Virus record (IMG/VR): IMGVR_UViG_3300026196_000009
Span: 1-46,795 of that record
Length of the DNA: 46,795 nt
From: a virus
Taxonomy: Duplodnaviria > Caudoviricetes
Direction: 5' to 3' (one strand)
Positions 46,094-46,795 of this stretch are shown in pieces. A program made the position numbers and the translations under genes. Under the pieces are notes generated by a model. The model worked only from the letters and a program-made list of their open reading frames with translations, did not search any database and was not told the origin of the DNA. Within the stretch, counting starts at the first letter, position 1; the number at the start of each line of letters is the position of its first letter.

Positions 46094-46245
46094 CTCCTTA
46101 AGGCTTAAGGAGTGTAGAGGATCTCCTTAAGGCTAACTCTATCTCCTTAAGAATTCTTTAGCGCTCCTTAAGCCTAACTCTACGCTCCTTAAGAATTCTT
46201 TAAGGCTAACTCTATCTCCTTAAGAGCTCCTTAAGCCTAACTCTA
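46094..46245. repeat. phased CTTAAG / TAACTCTA short-repeat array
   Basis: CTTAAG at 46097, 46104, 46126, 46146, 46167, 46188, 46219 and 46230. Confidence 0.9.
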
Positions 46246-46299
46246 CACACTACAACTACCGTTCGTCGGTTAAGTATATAAATTTATAGACAGCTACAT

Positions 46300-46369
46300 T
46301 GATATCGATTATTGTGCGTACATGAGCTGAGGCAATACCGCCGAAGCCAAAATTGAAAAGGTGAATATC

Positions 46370-46372
<3 letters not shown>
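46300..46372 (+). repeat. gene-leader direct repeat, copy 1
   Basis: TGATATCGATTA, 6 nt, 36-bp core, 3 nt, AAAGGTGAATATCATG. Confidence 0.95.
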
Positions 46373-46644
<272 letters not shown>

Positions 46645-46647
<3 letters not shown>

Positions 46648-46795
46648 TTGAAACAAATACTTAAGCATCACACTCTATGGCTGATCGGCGACCCAGATGG
46701 GGTTAGGGCTGACCTGACCGGGGCTGACCTGACCGGGGCCGACTTGAGTGGGGCCGACCTACGTGTGGCCGACCTACGTGGGGCAAACCTGCATG
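46645..46795 (+). CDS. pentapeptide repeat protein, truncated by the window edge
   Basis: MLKQILKHHTLWLIGDPDGVR-ADLTG-ADLTG-ADLSG-ADLRV-ADLRG-ANLH. Confidence 0.9.

Noticed and set aside
46326-46347. Hammerhead ribozyme (CUGA...stem...GAA) in the leader repeat
   Set aside because: It lacks the NGA of the CUGANGA core, the GAAA, and clear stems I/III. A simple tandem-GA hairpin explains it better.

Overview
The window is most of the genome of a tailed dsDNA phage with podovirus-type (BPP-1/APSE-like) architecture. Spanins, sigma70 promoters and IHF sites point to a Gram-negative, probably proteobacterial, host. Both ends cut through ORFs. Layout: small minus-strand genes (1-2.1 kb). A divergent replication block (2.1-14.3 kb) with primase-helicase, TetR-like HTH, VRR-NUC, SF2 helicase, Cas4-like exonuclease, SSB and family A DNA polymerase. 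One long minus-strand late operon (45.6 to 14.8 kb) with terminases, GNAT, portal, scaffold, capsid, tail adaptor/nozzle, ejection proteins, lysis genes, an accessory fibre-like module, a 2074-aa polyvalent protein and a tailspike. A repeat-rich probable genome-end region (45.6-46.3 kb) followed by early genes with a duplicated leader. Most notable signals: (1) an integron-type gene cassette with a canonical attC and matching boundaries, but no integrase in the window; (2) a duplicated stop/hairpin/RBS/ATG leader, one copy carrying (GT)22; (3) a palindromic operator over the -35 box of three promoters, near a TetR-like gene; (4) a nested twin-internal-loop RNA structure upstream of the capsid gene; (5) a tandem-duplicated tail adaptor. 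Product calls come from motifs and synteny read by eye; no searches were run.
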